From: a virus
Taxonomy: Duplodnaviria; Caudoviricetes
IMG/VR virus record: IMGVR_UViG_3300027374_000002
Coordinates: 20,097 to 84,096 of that record
DNA length: 64,000 bases
Direction: 5' to 3' (one strand)
Within the stretch, counting starts at the first letter, position 1. The number at the start of each line of letters is the position of its first letter. Positions 1-9,460 of the stretch are shown here, in pieces. Made by a program: the position numbers and the translations under genes. The notes beneath the pieces were generated by a model. It was given only the letters and a program-made list of their open reading frames with translations. It did no database searches and was not told the origin of the DNA.

Positions 1-249
1 CTTGGGAACTCATCGCAGGAAAACGCAATCGTGGTGGATACCTTCGGCGGGAGTGGTTCCACGCTTATGGCTTGCGAAGCAATGAACCGCATTTGCTATA
101 CGATGGAACTCGATCCGAAGTACGCATCGGTTATCCTTCGCCGCTATGTGGAGGACACCGGCGATGCAGAGGGAGTTTATTGTGTGCGCAGCGAAAAGCA
201 AATACCTTATTCCGAACTTGTAAAGGAGCTGGAAACCAAAGTTGAATAA
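1..249 (+). CDS. DNA adenine/N4-cytosine methyltransferase, C-terminal part (5' end outside window)
   Basis: Frame is open from base 1; SAM-binding motif VDTFGGSGST followed by MELDPKY. Confidence 0.85.
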   Translation, partial: LGNSSQENAIVVDTFGGSGSTLMACEAMNRICYTMELDPKYASVILRRYVEDTGDAEGVYCVRSEKQIPYSELVKELETKVE

Positions 250-1000
250 GCCTGAATATCATATCGTAAGTCTTTCGGGTGGGAAGGACTCAACGGCTAT
301 GCTCTTAATGATGCTTGAAAAGGGGATGCAGATTGACTGCATCCTCTTTTGCGATACCGGCTTGGAATTTCCGGGAATGTACGAACACCTGGAAAAGCTC
401 GAAAAGTATATAGGCAGACCTATAACGCGAGTGCGTGCCGATAAGGATTTCGAGTACCTATTTAAAGACCATAAAATCGCAGGGGGAAGAAGTCAAACCT
501 TCATCGAGCAATACAGTGAAGGACACAACGGCTATGGTTGGGCAGGTCCCAAGATGCGGTGGTGTACATCTAAGCTGAAAGACCACCCTCGTGAAAAGTT
601 CCTGAGCAACTTGCGAAAGGACTATGACCTCATAGAGTATGTTGGGTTGGCAGCGGATGAGGGCTACCGCCTGGAACGGAAAGCAAACCAACGTGAGAAC
701 TGCCGGCACCCGCTGGTTGAGTGGGGTATAACCGAAGCTCAATGCCTGCAGTATTGCTATGATCATGGTTTTGACTGGGGCGGTCTGTATCAATATTTCA
801 AGCGGGTATCTTGCTGGTGCTGCCCTTTGCAGAGCCTTTCCGAACTTCGTAAACTTTACCGGTTCTTCCCTGAACTCTGGGCAAAGCTGAAATATTGGGA
901 CAGTTGTACTTGGCGCAAGTTCCGGGCGGACTATTCTGTTGTGGAACTTGAGGTCCGCTTCCGGCTTGAAGAAGAATGGGAGCAAGCAGGAAAAAAATAA
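242..1000 (+). CDS. PAPS reductase family protein (CysH/DndC-like)
   Basis: PP-loop SLSGGKDS, RWCT and SCWCCP cysteine motifs. Confidence 0.85.
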   Translation: MNKPEYHIVSLSGGKDSTAMLLMMLEKGMQIDCILFCDTGLEFPGMYEHLEKLEKYIGRPITRVRADKDFEYLFKDHKIAGGRSQTFIEQYSEGHNGYGWAGPKMRWCTSKLKDHPREKFLSNLRKDYDLIEYVGLAADEGYRLERKANQRENCRHPLVEWGITEAQCLQYCYDHGFDWGGLYQYFKRVSCWCCPLQSLSELRKLYRFFPELWAKLKYWDSCTWRKFRADYSVVELEVRFRLEEEWEQAGKK

Positions 1001-1111
1001 CAAGCCGGGCTTTCTTCGAGGAGTTGAAAACCCGCATTAACAAATTAAAAAAGTAACAATGTAAAAAAAAGAAAAAAGCAAAAAAAGTTTTTCATTATCG
1101 GCAAAATTCAG

Positions 1112-1140
1112 TGGATATTATTTCCGGTTAGAGCTAATAT
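1112..1140 (+). promoter_or_regulatory. Conserved cassette promoter, copy 1
   Basis: TGGATA-17 bp-TAATAT with TTAGAG in the spacer; same motif at 1821, 3539, 4454 and 23544. Confidence 0.75.
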
Positions 1141-1171
1141 GCGTGTACCAAAAAAACAAAGGAGGCATTCT

Positions 1172-1390
1172 ATGCATTTCAACGAAGAAACTTTGAAAAG
1201 GCTGAGGGAAAGATTTCCTGAAGGCGCACGGGTAAGGCTCACGGCAATGTCTGACAGGTTTGCGCCGCCTATTGGAACACTGGGAACGGTGATGTCGGTT
1301 GATGACATCGGGACCATTCACGTTGCGTGGGACAACGGTTCCACGCTTGGCGTAGTATACGGCGAGGACCACTGCGAAAGAGTGGACTGA
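1172..1390 (+). CDS. DUF4314-like phage protein
   Basis: ATG at 1172 after AGGAGG; PPIGTLGTVMSVDDIGTIHVAWDNGSTLGVVYGED pattern. Confidence 0.75.
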   Translation: MHFNEETLKRLRERFPEGARVRLTAMSDRFAPPIGTLGTVMSVDDIGTIHVAWDNGSTLGVVYGEDHCERVD

Positions 1391-1399
1391 AAGGCTGGT

Positions 1400-1735
1400 G
1401 TGCTGATGGGGAAGTTCAATTTTCATTTCGAAGCCGGAAGCGGCAGAGCGAAATCTGACATTGTGATTTATTCCTGCGGTGGCGTTTATGTAAGCAAGAC
1501 CGCAAGAGCGCGATTTAATCTTGATGGAGTTGGGTTAAGGTGGGGCGAAGATAAATCGCAACATATCCTGGCACTTCGAAAGGATAAAAACGCAAAGCAA
1601 ATCAAGGTGGGGAAAGGTCCCAACTTCCGCTGCCCGGCAGAGATTGCACGGTGCTACGAAGGAAGGTATAACCTTATGGAAGAGGAAGGCGTTCTGGTTT
1701 TGTATCAGGTAAAAAATGAGGAAAGCGAGGCTTAA
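1400..1735 (+). CDS. Hypothetical protein, beta-rich
   Basis: 111-aa ORF (GTG start) directly after the DUF4314-like gene. Confidence 0.55.
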   Translation: MLMGKFNFHFEAGSGRAKSDIVIYSCGGVYVSKTARARFNLDGVGLRWGEDKSQHILALRKDKNAKQIKVGKGPNFRCPAEIARCYEGRYNLMEEEGVLVLYQVKNEESEA

Positions 1736-1820
1736 ATTCTGGTTCATAAAAGGTGCTGAAAGTCAAGAGAATTTGCGAAAATAAATATAAATTTATATTT
1801 AAAAATTCTTCGATTATCGC

Positions 1821-1849
1821 TTGATATATGTGTGTTTTAGAGCGAATAT
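1821..1849 (+). promoter_or_regulatory. Conserved cassette promoter, copy 2
   Basis: TTGATA-17 bp-GAATAT with TTAGAG. Confidence 0.75.
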
Positions 1850-1893
1850 ACACGTACAAAAAACGAAGGGCAGCAGCCCACGGAGGATTAAAA

Positions 1894-2838
1894 ATGAAAG
1901 CAAACATCGAACAGCAAATCAGCAAAATGAAGGAACAGACCATCGGGGTTGAAGTTGAAATGAACAGCATCAGCCGCGAGAAGGCAGCAAAGAAGATAGC
2001 CGAGTATTTCGGCACGACAGCCTGGTACGCAGCCCGCGAATACGGATACAGCTCCTGGGCTTGCAAAGACCAGCAAGGCAGGGTTTGGAAATTCCAGAGA
2101 GACGGAAGCATCGCCGGACCGGACGAAGAAAAATGCGAAATGGTAACGCCGATCCTGACCTACGCGGACATGGACACCTTGCAGGAAATCATTAGAATTC
2201 TTCGCAAGAACGGCGCGAAGAGCGACTCAACCCGCGGCTGCGGAGTTCACATCCACATTGGTGCGAATGGACACACGCCTCAAACGCTCCGAACCCTGGC
2301 GAACATAATGGCAAGCCACGAGAGCCTGCTTTCCGAAGCGCTCAACATTTCAAGCTCCAGAATCAGAAGCTATTGCAGAACGGTTGATACCCGCTTCCTT
2401 ACCGAAGTAAATCGCAAGAAGCCCACCACGATGGCAGCCTTCGCAGACATCTGGTACAAGAGCCACAATGCAACCTGGGGCAGAACCGACCATTATAACG
2501 ATAGCCGCTACCACATGCTGAACTACCACGCAACCTTCACAAAAGGCACGATTGAATTCAGACTTTTCCAATTTGATGCACCTGCAAACGGCAAGCAGAA
2601 TGGGCTTCACGCCGGACAGCTCAAGAGCTACATTCAGCTTTGCCTGGCGCTTTCACAACTCGCAAAAGAGCTGAGAACCGCAAGCAGCAAACCCCAGCAG
2701 CACGAGAACCCGAAATACGCGATGAGAACCTGGTTGCTTAGACTCGGCTTCATAGGCGAGGAATTTAAAACCGCAAGAGAGTTCTTAACGAAGCGCCTTT
2801 CAGGGGATGCAGCCTTCCGCAACGGAAGAGTAGCGTAA
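1894..2838 (+). CDS. Putative amidoligase (COOH-NH2 ligase, Amidoligase_2-like)
   Basis: ATG after GGAGG; TIGVEVEM, CEMVTPIL, CGVHIHIG, SRYHMLN and TIEFRLF motifs. Confidence 0.85.
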   Translation: MKANIEQQISKMKEQTIGVEVEMNSISREKAAKKIAEYFGTTAWYAAREYGYSSWACKDQQGRVWKFQRDGSIAGPDEEKCEMVTPILTYADMDTLQEIIRILRKNGAKSDSTRGCGVHIHIGANGHTPQTLRTLANIMASHESLLSEALNISSSRIRSYCRTVDTRFLTEVNRKKPTTMAAFADIWYKSHNATWGRTDHYNDSRYHMLNYHATFTKGTIEFRLFQFDAPANGKQNGLHAGQLKSYIQLCLALSQLAKELRTASSKPQQHENPKYAMRTWLLRLGFIGEEFKTAREFLTKRLSGDAAFRNGRVA

Positions 2839-2852
2839 GGAGGTAGACGGTA

Positions 2853-3299
2853 ATGAAAAAGTATTATTTGGCATACGGCAGCAACTTAAATAAAGGGCAG
2901 ATGCAGATGCGATGCCCAGGTGCGGTTCCGGTTGGGACCGCAGAAATCAAAGGATACCAGCTCCTGTTCAAAGGCAGCAGGACGGGTTCCTACCTGACGA
3001 TTGAACAGAAGAAAGGTGCGGTGGTCCCGGTAGGAGTTTGGGAAGTTGACCGCTTCCACGAGCATCGGTTAGACATTTACGAAGGGTATCCTTCCTTCTA
3101 CTACAAGAGAAAAGTTAAGGTTACCCTGAAGGAAACACAGCAGGAAATTGAAGCATTCGTTTACATCATGCATGAGGACCGTCCGCTTGGGATACCATCC
3201 AATTTCTATGTGGAGGTATGCAAAAACGGCTATGATGATTTCGGATTTGATAAAAAATATTTACGCGCAGCAATCAAAGCAAGCGTAGGAGGTATGTAA
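2853..3299 (+). CDS. Gamma-glutamylcyclotransferase (AIG2-like)
   Basis: YLAYGSNL N-terminal motif, LDIYEG; usual partner of phage amidoligases. Confidence 0.85.
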   Translation: MKKYYLAYGSNLNKGQMQMRCPGAVPVGTAEIKGYQLLFKGSRTGSYLTIEQKKGAVVPVGVWEVDRFHEHRLDIYEGYPSFYYKRKVKVTLKETQQEIEAFVYIMHEDRPLGIPSNFYVEVCKNGYDDFGFDKKYLRAAIKASVGGM

Positions 3300-3300
3300 A

Positions 3301-3504
3301 ATGGAAACACCTGAAAAAACGTTACGAATTTGCCCGAAATGCGGAAATGAATACCGCGGAAGACCGGCGCTGTCCAGAGAGGATAACGCTACGGCTATTT
3401 GCCCGGATTGCGGTACGCGAGAGGCGCTGATTTCAATGGGAATCAGCGTGGAAGAACAGGACAAAATCATCGATGTAATCCATCAAAATTTCCCGCAAAG
3501 ATAA
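3301..3504 (+). CDS. Small zinc-ribbon protein
   Basis: CPKC...CPDC, RBS AGGAGG. Confidence 0.75.
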   Translation: METPEKTLRICPKCGNEYRGRPALSREDNATAICPDCGTREALISMGISVEEQDKIIDVIHQNFPQR

Positions 3505-3538
3505 ATAAATATTTCTTTATAATTCTTCGCAAATACGC

Positions 3539-3567
3539 TTGATAATTATTCGTTTTAGAGCGAATAT
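3539..3567 (+). promoter_or_regulatory. Conserved cassette promoter, copy 3
   Basis: TTGATA-17 bp-GAATAT with TTAGAG. Confidence 0.75.
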
Positions 3568-3609
3568 ACACATACCAAATCGGGCAGCAAGCCCACTAAG
3601 GAGGAAGGT

Positions 3610-4353
3610 ATGACCGTAGAAACCTTGAAAGAGCGTATTGCGAACGCGCAGAAGAAAATCGCAACCATGCAGGGAACCATTGAGAAGAAGCTAAACATAA
3701 TTGAAAAGAAGAAGCAGAAGCTCATAAAGCTCGGAGTTGCAGACCCGGACAGCAAAACAGTTGACGATGTTCGTAGCACTGGAAACACCGAAGCGATGTG
3801 GCTGATGTGCGATATTAAGTACCTGAAGGAAGACATCCAAAGGGGAAAGCGTGAGATTGAAGAAACAGAGCTAACGTTGAAAAAGTACGAAAAGCAGCTA
3901 ACGGGCGAGCTTGAACAGGAAGCGGTGCTTCGGGAAATACCGGAGGTGCTGAAGAAGCTCCGAGACGAGCTGGTTGCCCGGTGGGATGCTTGGGACCTGG
4001 AACGTAAAGCGAGGTATTGGAAAGACCGCCGTGAAATGGAGTGGGATGCATTCCGGAAGAAATACAAGTACGCAGACACCAGGTTCGCAGAACAGTCGGA
4101 TGAACAGATTCACAAGAGCAACATTCGTGATGCGGAATTTTTAATCTTTGACCTGGTACGAAGGGTTCAGGCAATAACCGGCGAAATAACGAGCTGGGCG
4201 AACATCAGAGCTACGCAAGGCACACAAGGGTTCACGGTCCTGAACGGCATCGTAATTGGCAAGGAAGGCAGGGCAGAAATCGAGAGCATACTTGCCGGAG
4301 GATACAACATCCAAAGGCTGCACATCAGGGTTCTGGTAAAAGAGTATAAATGA
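3610..4353 (+). CDS. Hypothetical phage protein, coiled-coil N-terminus
   Basis: 247 aa, RBS AGGAGG, own promoter and terminator; C-terminal AGGYNIQRLHIRVLV. Confidence 0.75.
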   Translation: MTVETLKERIANAQKKIATMQGTIEKKLNIIEKKKQKLIKLGVADPDSKTVDDVRSTGNTEAMWLMCDIKYLKEDIQRGKREIEETELTLKKYEKQLTGELEQEAVLREIPEVLKKLRDELVARWDAWDLERKARYWKDRREMEWDAFRKKYKYADTRFAEQSDEQIHKSNIRDAEFLIFDLVRRVQAITGEITSWANIRATQGTQGFTVLNGIVIGKEGRAEIESILAGGYNIQRLHIRVLVKEYK

Positions 4354-4379
4354 TTAATTGCCCCCTGAATATGCCGCAG

Positions 4380-4406
4380 AAAACCACCTTTTCGGGGGTG
4401 GTTTTT
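4380..4406 (+). terminator. Intrinsic terminator
   Basis: AAAACCACC...GGTGGTTTTT hairpin with T tract. Confidence 0.75.
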
Positions 4407-4453
4407 ATCGTAAAAATAAATAAATAAATCTTCAAAATAGTGCCTCAAATCGC

Positions 4454-4482
4454 TGGATATATATCTTTTTTAGAGTTAATAT
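4454..4482 (+). promoter_or_regulatory. Conserved cassette promoter, copy 4
   Basis: TGGATA-17 bp-TAATAT with TTAGAG. Confidence 0.75.
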
Positions 4483-4512
4483 ACACCTACAAAAAGCAAA
4501 GGAGACACCACC

Positions 4513-4707
4513 ATGACAGAAGCATACGCAAGGGAAAAAGCAGAAATTTTAGTAAGGGACCACAACCATTACAAGAAGTACGGAGACAAAGCAGCTTGCG
4601 CCGATTACAAAATGGCACTTGACCTTTTGATTTACTCGGCAGCCAGAATCGGATGCAAGATTTCCTACACAACTTCCAAGAACGGAATGCTCAGCCTGGT
4701 AGGTTAA
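4513..4707 (+). CDS. Hypothetical protein
   Basis: 64 aa, RBS AAGGAG, first gene after promoter copy 4. Confidence 0.65.
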   Translation: MTEAYAREKAEILVRDHNHYKKYGDKAACADYKMALDLLIYSAARIGCKISYTTSKNGMLSLVG

Positions 4708-4720
4708 GGAGGAAAGAAAA

Positions 4721-5068
4721 ATGGCGAAGATTTATGAAACGAGAGAAGCAGCAAGAGAAGCATGCGAAATTTACGGCACAACGGCTTGCAACCGCGCAGC
4801 AGACGCGATTGCCTTGGCGGACGCGGGTGAAGCCGGCAGAGCTTGGAACAGGGCGGACGAAGCGCAAATGAACGCGGAAGCGGCAATGAAAGCGCACGAT
4901 GAACTTTGGGAACTTTCCAAGCACAGATTAACCAAGAAGGAACGCGAGGCTTTCGAGCTTGCAGAACTTGGCGAAGGAAAAGCAATCAAAGCAGCGCAGG
5001 CTTGCGCAACAGCGGTTGAAAAAATTCAAGCCGCATTCGATGCAGAAAGAAAGGGGGCGAAAGCATGA
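4721..5068 (+). CDS. Hypothetical Ala-rich helical protein
   Basis: 115 aa, RBS AGGAGG. Confidence 0.65.
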   Translation: MAKIYETREAAREACEIYGTTACNRAADAIALADAGEAGRAWNRADEAQMNAEAAMKAHDELWELSKHRLTKKEREAFELAELGEGKAIKAAQACATAVEKIQAAFDAERKGAKA

Positions 5069-5505
5069 GAAAGCCAATAACCTTAAACGAGTACATTGCA
5101 AGCCTACAGAAGATAGCGGAAGCGCATGGCAACGATGAATTGATTTCCATCGGAGCCTGCTGCGGCGAGTTTAACGGAATGACATCCCCTTTCTCGCTTC
5201 GCATGGTGAGAAACGGAAAACAGCTATGCTGCTACGTTCCCGCATACAAGGAAGTACAGCCGGAGGTCGGGGTTCTCAGGAAGGATGGCAGACTTCAAAT
5301 CGCGGGCGGGACATTCCACTTCTGGGTTAAGCGCCACGAGGAATGCTCAGAATTCGGAATTGATGGCGGCAGGATTTCCAAGCTGACCATTACCAATGAA
5401 GGAACGGGGCGCGAGGTTGTAAACTATGACAGGGGCTGGGACATCGAACCCAAGACGAAAGGCGCGAAGGCGGCGCTTGAATGGGTACTTCGGAACTTCG
5501 GTTGA
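5065..5505 (+). CDS. Hypothetical phage protein
   Basis: ATGA overlap with upstream gene; C-terminal SEFGIDGGRISKL...NYDRGWDIEP pattern recalled from Firmicutes phage proteins. Confidence 0.7.
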   Translation: MRKPITLNEYIASLQKIAEAHGNDELISIGACCGEFNGMTSPFSLRMVRNGKQLCCYVPAYKEVQPEVGVLRKDGRLQIAGGTFHFWVKRHEECSEFGIDGGRISKLTITNEGTGREVVNYDRGWDIEPKTKGAKAALEWVLRNFG

Positions 5506-5519
5506 TAGGAGGTACGGCA

Positions 5520-5705
5520 ATGGAAAAACTTACGGATGTTTTGAAAGAGCTGAAAGACCAGAAGGTCGCAATCGTTGAAAAGGGCGAATTGCAATGGACC
5601 GGGTTGGCGCAGGACTTTCCTACCTACTATTACGATACCAGAAATGTGGTTAACCGAAGGCAAGCCGAGTTTAACCTGAACATAACAATCCTGGAATTGG
5701 ATTGA
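5520..5705 (+). CDS. Hypothetical protein
   Basis: ATG at 5520 after AGGAGG; 61 aa. Confidence 0.6.
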   Translation: MEKLTDVLKELKDQKVAIVEKGELQWTGLAQDFPTYYYDTRNVVNRRQAEFNLNITILELD

Positions 5706-5727
5706 TAAAAAAATAAAACTGAAAACA

Positions 5728-5785
5728 ACCAGCAGCTCCCGATGGGGCTGTTGCTCGTATAGGACCTTTAGAGGTCTTTTTTTAT
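5728..5785 (+). terminator. Tandem hairpins / intrinsic terminator before terL
   Basis: CAGCAGCTCC-CGAT-GGGGCTGTTG, then AGGACCTT-TA-GAGGTCTT followed by a T run. Confidence 0.65.
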
Positions 5786-5808
5786 TGCCGAAAAAAGGAG
5801 GTGAGAAG

Positions 5809-7410
5809 TTGCGAAAACTGAAAAAGTACGTACCGACCAAGTTCATGGCAAAGGACTCGCACTATGATAAAGCGGCGGCGGATTACGCTGTAAATTTCAT
5901 AGAGTGCCTGTGCCACACAAAAGGAACGTGGGCGGGGAAGCCGTTTGAACTTATAGATTGGCAGGAACAGATAATCCGTGATGTTTTTGGAGTTATTAAA
6001 CCGAATGGGTATCGACAATTCAACACGGCATACATTGAAATTCCGAAGAAGCAGGGCAAGTCGGAGTTGGCGGCGGCGGTCGCGCTTTTACTTACCTGCG
6101 GTGATTTCGAAGAACGTGCAGAGGTTTATGGCTGCGCAGCGGACCGGCAGCAAGCCAGCATTGTTTTTGAAGTGGCGGCGGATATGGTTCGTATGTGTCC
6201 GGCGCTCAACCGGCGAGTAAAAATTCTGGCGGCAACAAAGCGTATTGTTTACCTGCCTACGAACAGTTTCTATCAGGTGTTGTCAGCAGAAGCCTACAGT
6301 AAACACGGCTTTAATATACACGGCGTGGTGTTTGACGAACTGCACACGCAACCCAACCGGAAGCTGTTTGATGTTATGACCAAAGGCTCAGGTGATGCGA
6401 GAATGCAGCCGCTTTACTTTTTGATCACCACAGCCGGAACCGATACACATTCCATCTGCTATGAAACGCATCAAAAGGCAAAGGATATCCTGGCGGGAAG
6501 GAAGCACGATACAACCTTCTACCCGGTTATTTACGGTGCAGAAGAAGATGACGATTGGACCGATCCGAAGGTGTGGAAGAAGGCGAATCCATCTCTCGGA
6601 ATTACTGTGGGGTTTGATAAGGTGCAGGCAGCTTGCAATTCGGCAAAGCAAAACCCGGCAGAAGAAAACTCATTTCGGCAGCTTCGCTTGAACCAATGGG
6701 TAAAGCAAGCGGTGCGCTGGATGCCGATGGATAAATGGGAAAAGTGCAAAGCGGTAATTGATGAAGACGAGCTTGAAGGTCGGGTTTGCTACGGCGGGCT
6801 GGACCTATCTTCGACTTCGGATATTACGGCGTTTGTGCTGGTGTTCCCGCCTACCGATGACGATGACCGGTACATCGTTCTTCCGTATTTCTGGATACCG
6901 GAGGACAACATAACTACGCGCGTAAATAAGGACCACGTTCCGTATGACATTTGGGAGCGGCAGGGCTTTCTGGAAACTACCGAAGGTAACGTTGTGCATT
7001 ACGGCTACATTGAAAAATTTATCGAGCGGCTGGGTGAGCGATTTAATATCCGCGAGATTGCCTTCGACCGTTGGGGTGCAGTGCAGATGGTTCAAAACCT
7101 GGAAGGAATGGGTTTCACGGTGGTTCCTTTTGGGCAGGGGTTTAAAGATATGTCCCCACCTACGAAAGAGCTGATGAAGCTGGTTCTGGAACAGAAGATT
7201 GCGCATAGCGGACACCCGGTGCTTCACTGGATGATGGATAACGTGTGTGCGAGAACCGATCCGGCAGGAAACATAAAAATGGATAAAGAAAAATCAACTG
7301 AAAAAATAGACGGTGCTGTGGCTACTGTTATGGCGCTGGACCGCGCAATAAGGTGCGGTAACGATGCTTCGGAGTCTGTGTACGACAGCCGGGGCATTTT
7401 GTTTTTATAG
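5809..7410 (+). CDS. terL: Terminase large subunit
   Basis: TTG start after AGGAGGTG; Walker A IPKKQGKS, Walker B VVFDELH, nuclease GGLDLS and EKIDGAVA. Confidence 0.95.
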   Translation: MRKLKKYVPTKFMAKDSHYDKAAADYAVNFIECLCHTKGTWAGKPFELIDWQEQIIRDVFGVIKPNGYRQFNTAYIEIPKKQGKSELAAAVALLLTCGDFEERAEVYGCAADRQQASIVFEVAADMVRMCPALNRRVKILAATKRIVYLPTNSFYQVLSAEAYSKHGFNIHGVVFDELHTQPNRKLFDVMTKGSGDARMQPLYFLITTAGTDTHSICYETHQKAKDILAGRKHDTTFYPVIYGAEEDDDWTDPKVWKKANPSLGITVGFDKVQAACNSAKQNPAEENSFRQLRLNQWVKQAVRWMPMDKWEKCKAVIDEDELEGRVCYGGLDLSSTSDITAFVLVFPPTDDDDRYIVLPYFWIPEDNITTRVNKDHVPYDIWERQGFLETTEGNVVHYGYIEKFIERLGERFNIREIAFDRWGAVQMVQNLEGMGFTVVPFGQGFKDMSPPTKELMKLVLEQKIAHSGHPVLHWMMDNVCARTDPAGNIKMDKEKSTEKIDGAVATVMALDRAIRCGNDASESVYDSRGILFL

Positions 7411-7420
7411 GAGGTAGGCA

Positions 7421-8755
7421 ATGGGTATATTTTCACGATTATTTCGGGCGAGAGATAAACCCCAGAATAAAACGGTAGGTAGCAGCTTCTCGTTTCTGAT
7501 GGGTGGTTCTACGAGCGGGAAGTCGGTAACTGAACGTTCCTCAATGCAAATGACCGCAGTATATGCTTGCGTGAGAATACTTTCGGAGGCAATTGCGGGT
7601 TTGCCTTTGCACCTTTACCGCTATAAGGAAGGTGGTGGAAAGGAACAAGCGGTTGACACAAACCTCTACCGACTTTTGCATGATGAGCCTAATCCGGAAA
7701 TGACGAGTTTCGTTTTCAGGGAAACCTTGATGACTCACCTGCTGCTTTGGGGTAATGCTTACGCGCAAATCATCCGAAATGGCAAGGGTGAGGTTATTGC
7801 TTTGTACCCGTTGATGCCTAATAAGATGAGCGTGGACCGAGACGAAAAAGGGCAGTTATATTACACATATTCGCGGGCGAATGAGGAAGCGGCTACGATG
7901 ACGGGAAACACCGTAATCTTGAAACCAAGCGATGTGTTACACATTCCCGGACTTGGCTTTGACGGTTTGGTGGGATATAGCCCTATAGCTATGGCGAAAA
8001 ACGCAATCGGCATGGCAATCGCGTGCGAGGAATTCGGTGCGAAGTTCTTCGCAAACGGTGCTGCGCCGAGCGGGGTTCTGGAGCATCCCGGAACCATAAA
8101 AGACCCGGCTAAAGTGCGCGACAGTTGGAACTCAACTTTTGGCGGCTCAGCAAATTCCGGAAAGGTGGCAGTGTTAGAAGAGGGGATGAAATACACCCCG
8201 ATATCTATCTCACCAGAACAGGCGCAATTCCTTGAAACTCGGAAATTTCAAATTAACGAAATAGCTCGAATTTTCAGAGTTCCTCCGCATATGGTTGGGG
8301 ACCTTGAGAAATCGAGCTTTTCCAATATTGAGCAGCAGTCGCTGGAATTTGTAAAGTACACCCTTGAACCGTGGGTGGTGCGTTGGGAACAGGCGCTTTC
8401 AAGAGCGCTGCTATCCGCAACAGAGAAACCCACATACTTTTTCAAGTTCAACCTTGAGGGGTTGCTTCGCGGTGATTATCAAAGCCGTATGACCGGCTAC
8501 GCAACCGCGCGACAGAACGGGTGGATGTCTGCAAACGATATCCGCGAACTTGAAAACTTGGACCGCATTCCCGCAGAGGAGGGCGGCGATTTGTATTTAA
8601 TCAACGGCAACATGCTCCCGTTAAATAAGGCGGGTGCTTATGCAGAAAAAGGAAAGGAGGACAAAACAGACAATGAAGAAAGCACAAGCGAGGAAGTTCT
8701 GGACGTGGAAAAATCAAGCGGAAGCGGACGGAAAACCCGCCGAAAGAGTTCTTGA
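7421..8755 (+). CDS. Portal protein, HK97 family
   Basis: AVYACVRILSEAIAGLP, DGLVGYSPI, QFLETRKFQINEIARIFRVPP. Confidence 0.95.
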   Translation: MGIFSRLFRARDKPQNKTVGSSFSFLMGGSTSGKSVTERSSMQMTAVYACVRILSEAIAGLPLHLYRYKEGGGKEQAVDTNLYRLLHDEPNPEMTSFVFRETLMTHLLLWGNAYAQIIRNGKGEVIALYPLMPNKMSVDRDEKGQLYYTYSRANEEAATMTGNTVILKPSDVLHIPGLGFDGLVGYSPIAMAKNAIGMAIACEEFGAKFFANGAAPSGVLEHPGTIKDPAKVRDSWNSTFGGSANSGKVAVLEEGMKYTPISISPEQAQFLETRKFQINEIARIFRVPPHMVGDLEKSSFSNIEQQSLEFVKYTLEPWVVRWEQALSRALLSATEKPTYFFKFNLEGLLRGDYQSRMTGYATARQNGWMSANDIRELENLDRIPAEEGGDLYLINGNMLPLNKAGAYAEKGKEDKTDNEESTSEEVLDVEKSSGSGRKTRRKSS

Positions 8756-9443
8756 ACTCTACGGCACGATTGCGGAAGAGAGCTGGTTCGATGATGATGT
8801 CACCCCGCAGATGTTCAGAGATGAACTGAACGCAGGCGAAGGGGACATCACTGTTTGGATTAACTCGCCTGGCGGTGACTGCATTGCAGCAAGCCAGATT
8901 TATTCGATGCTTATGGATTACAAGGGCAACGTAACCGTGAAGATAGACGGTATCGCGGCATCGGCGGCATCGGTAATCGCAATGGCGGGAACCAAGGTTC
9001 TTATGGCACCTACGGCGTTAATTATGATTCACAATCCTGCAACGGCGGCGTTCGGTGACCACGAGGATATGAAGAAGGCAATTGAAATGCTGGACGAAGT
9101 AAAGGAAAGTATCATAAACGCCTACGAAATCAAGACCAACCAGTCCCGCGCAAAACTCTCGCACCTTATGGATGCGGAAACCTGGATGAACGCAAATAAA
9201 GCGATAGAGCTTGGGTTCGCGGATGACATCCTGACGGACGAAAAGCTGGCAGTGGATGTGCCTGCGTATGCCTTTTCCGGCAGAGCGGTGGAAACGCAGC
9301 TTTTCAACAAGATAACCGCCAAGGCAAAAACCAAAGCTCCGAAAGAACCGGAGGTGCCGGAAGCGGCTGAGGGTAAGCAGCCCTCGAAAACCGGGCGTTC
9401 CGTTGACGAGCTAATGGAACGGCTCAACCTTATGAAATATTAA
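8673..9443 (+). CDS. Head maturation protease, ClpP-like
   Basis: INSPGGD, GIAASAASVIAMAG, MIHNP, ETWM; ATG at 8673 after AGGAGG. Confidence 0.92.
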   Translation: MKKAQARKFWTWKNQAEADGKPAERVLELYGTIAEESWFDDDVTPQMFRDELNAGEGDITVWINSPGGDCIAASQIYSMLMDYKGNVTVKIDGIAASAASVIAMAGTKVLMAPTALIMIHNPATAAFGDHEDMKKAIEMLDEVKESIINAYEIKTNQSRAKLSHLMDAETWMNANKAIELGFADDILTDEKLAVDVPAYAFSGRAVETQLFNKITAKAKTKAPKEPEVPEAAEGKQPSKTGRSVDELMERLNLMKY

Positions 9444-9460
9444 AATTGGAGGAATAAAAA

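Noticed and set aside
1-5808. Missing terminase small subunit as an anomaly
   Set aside because: It most likely lies upstream of the methylase, outside the window.
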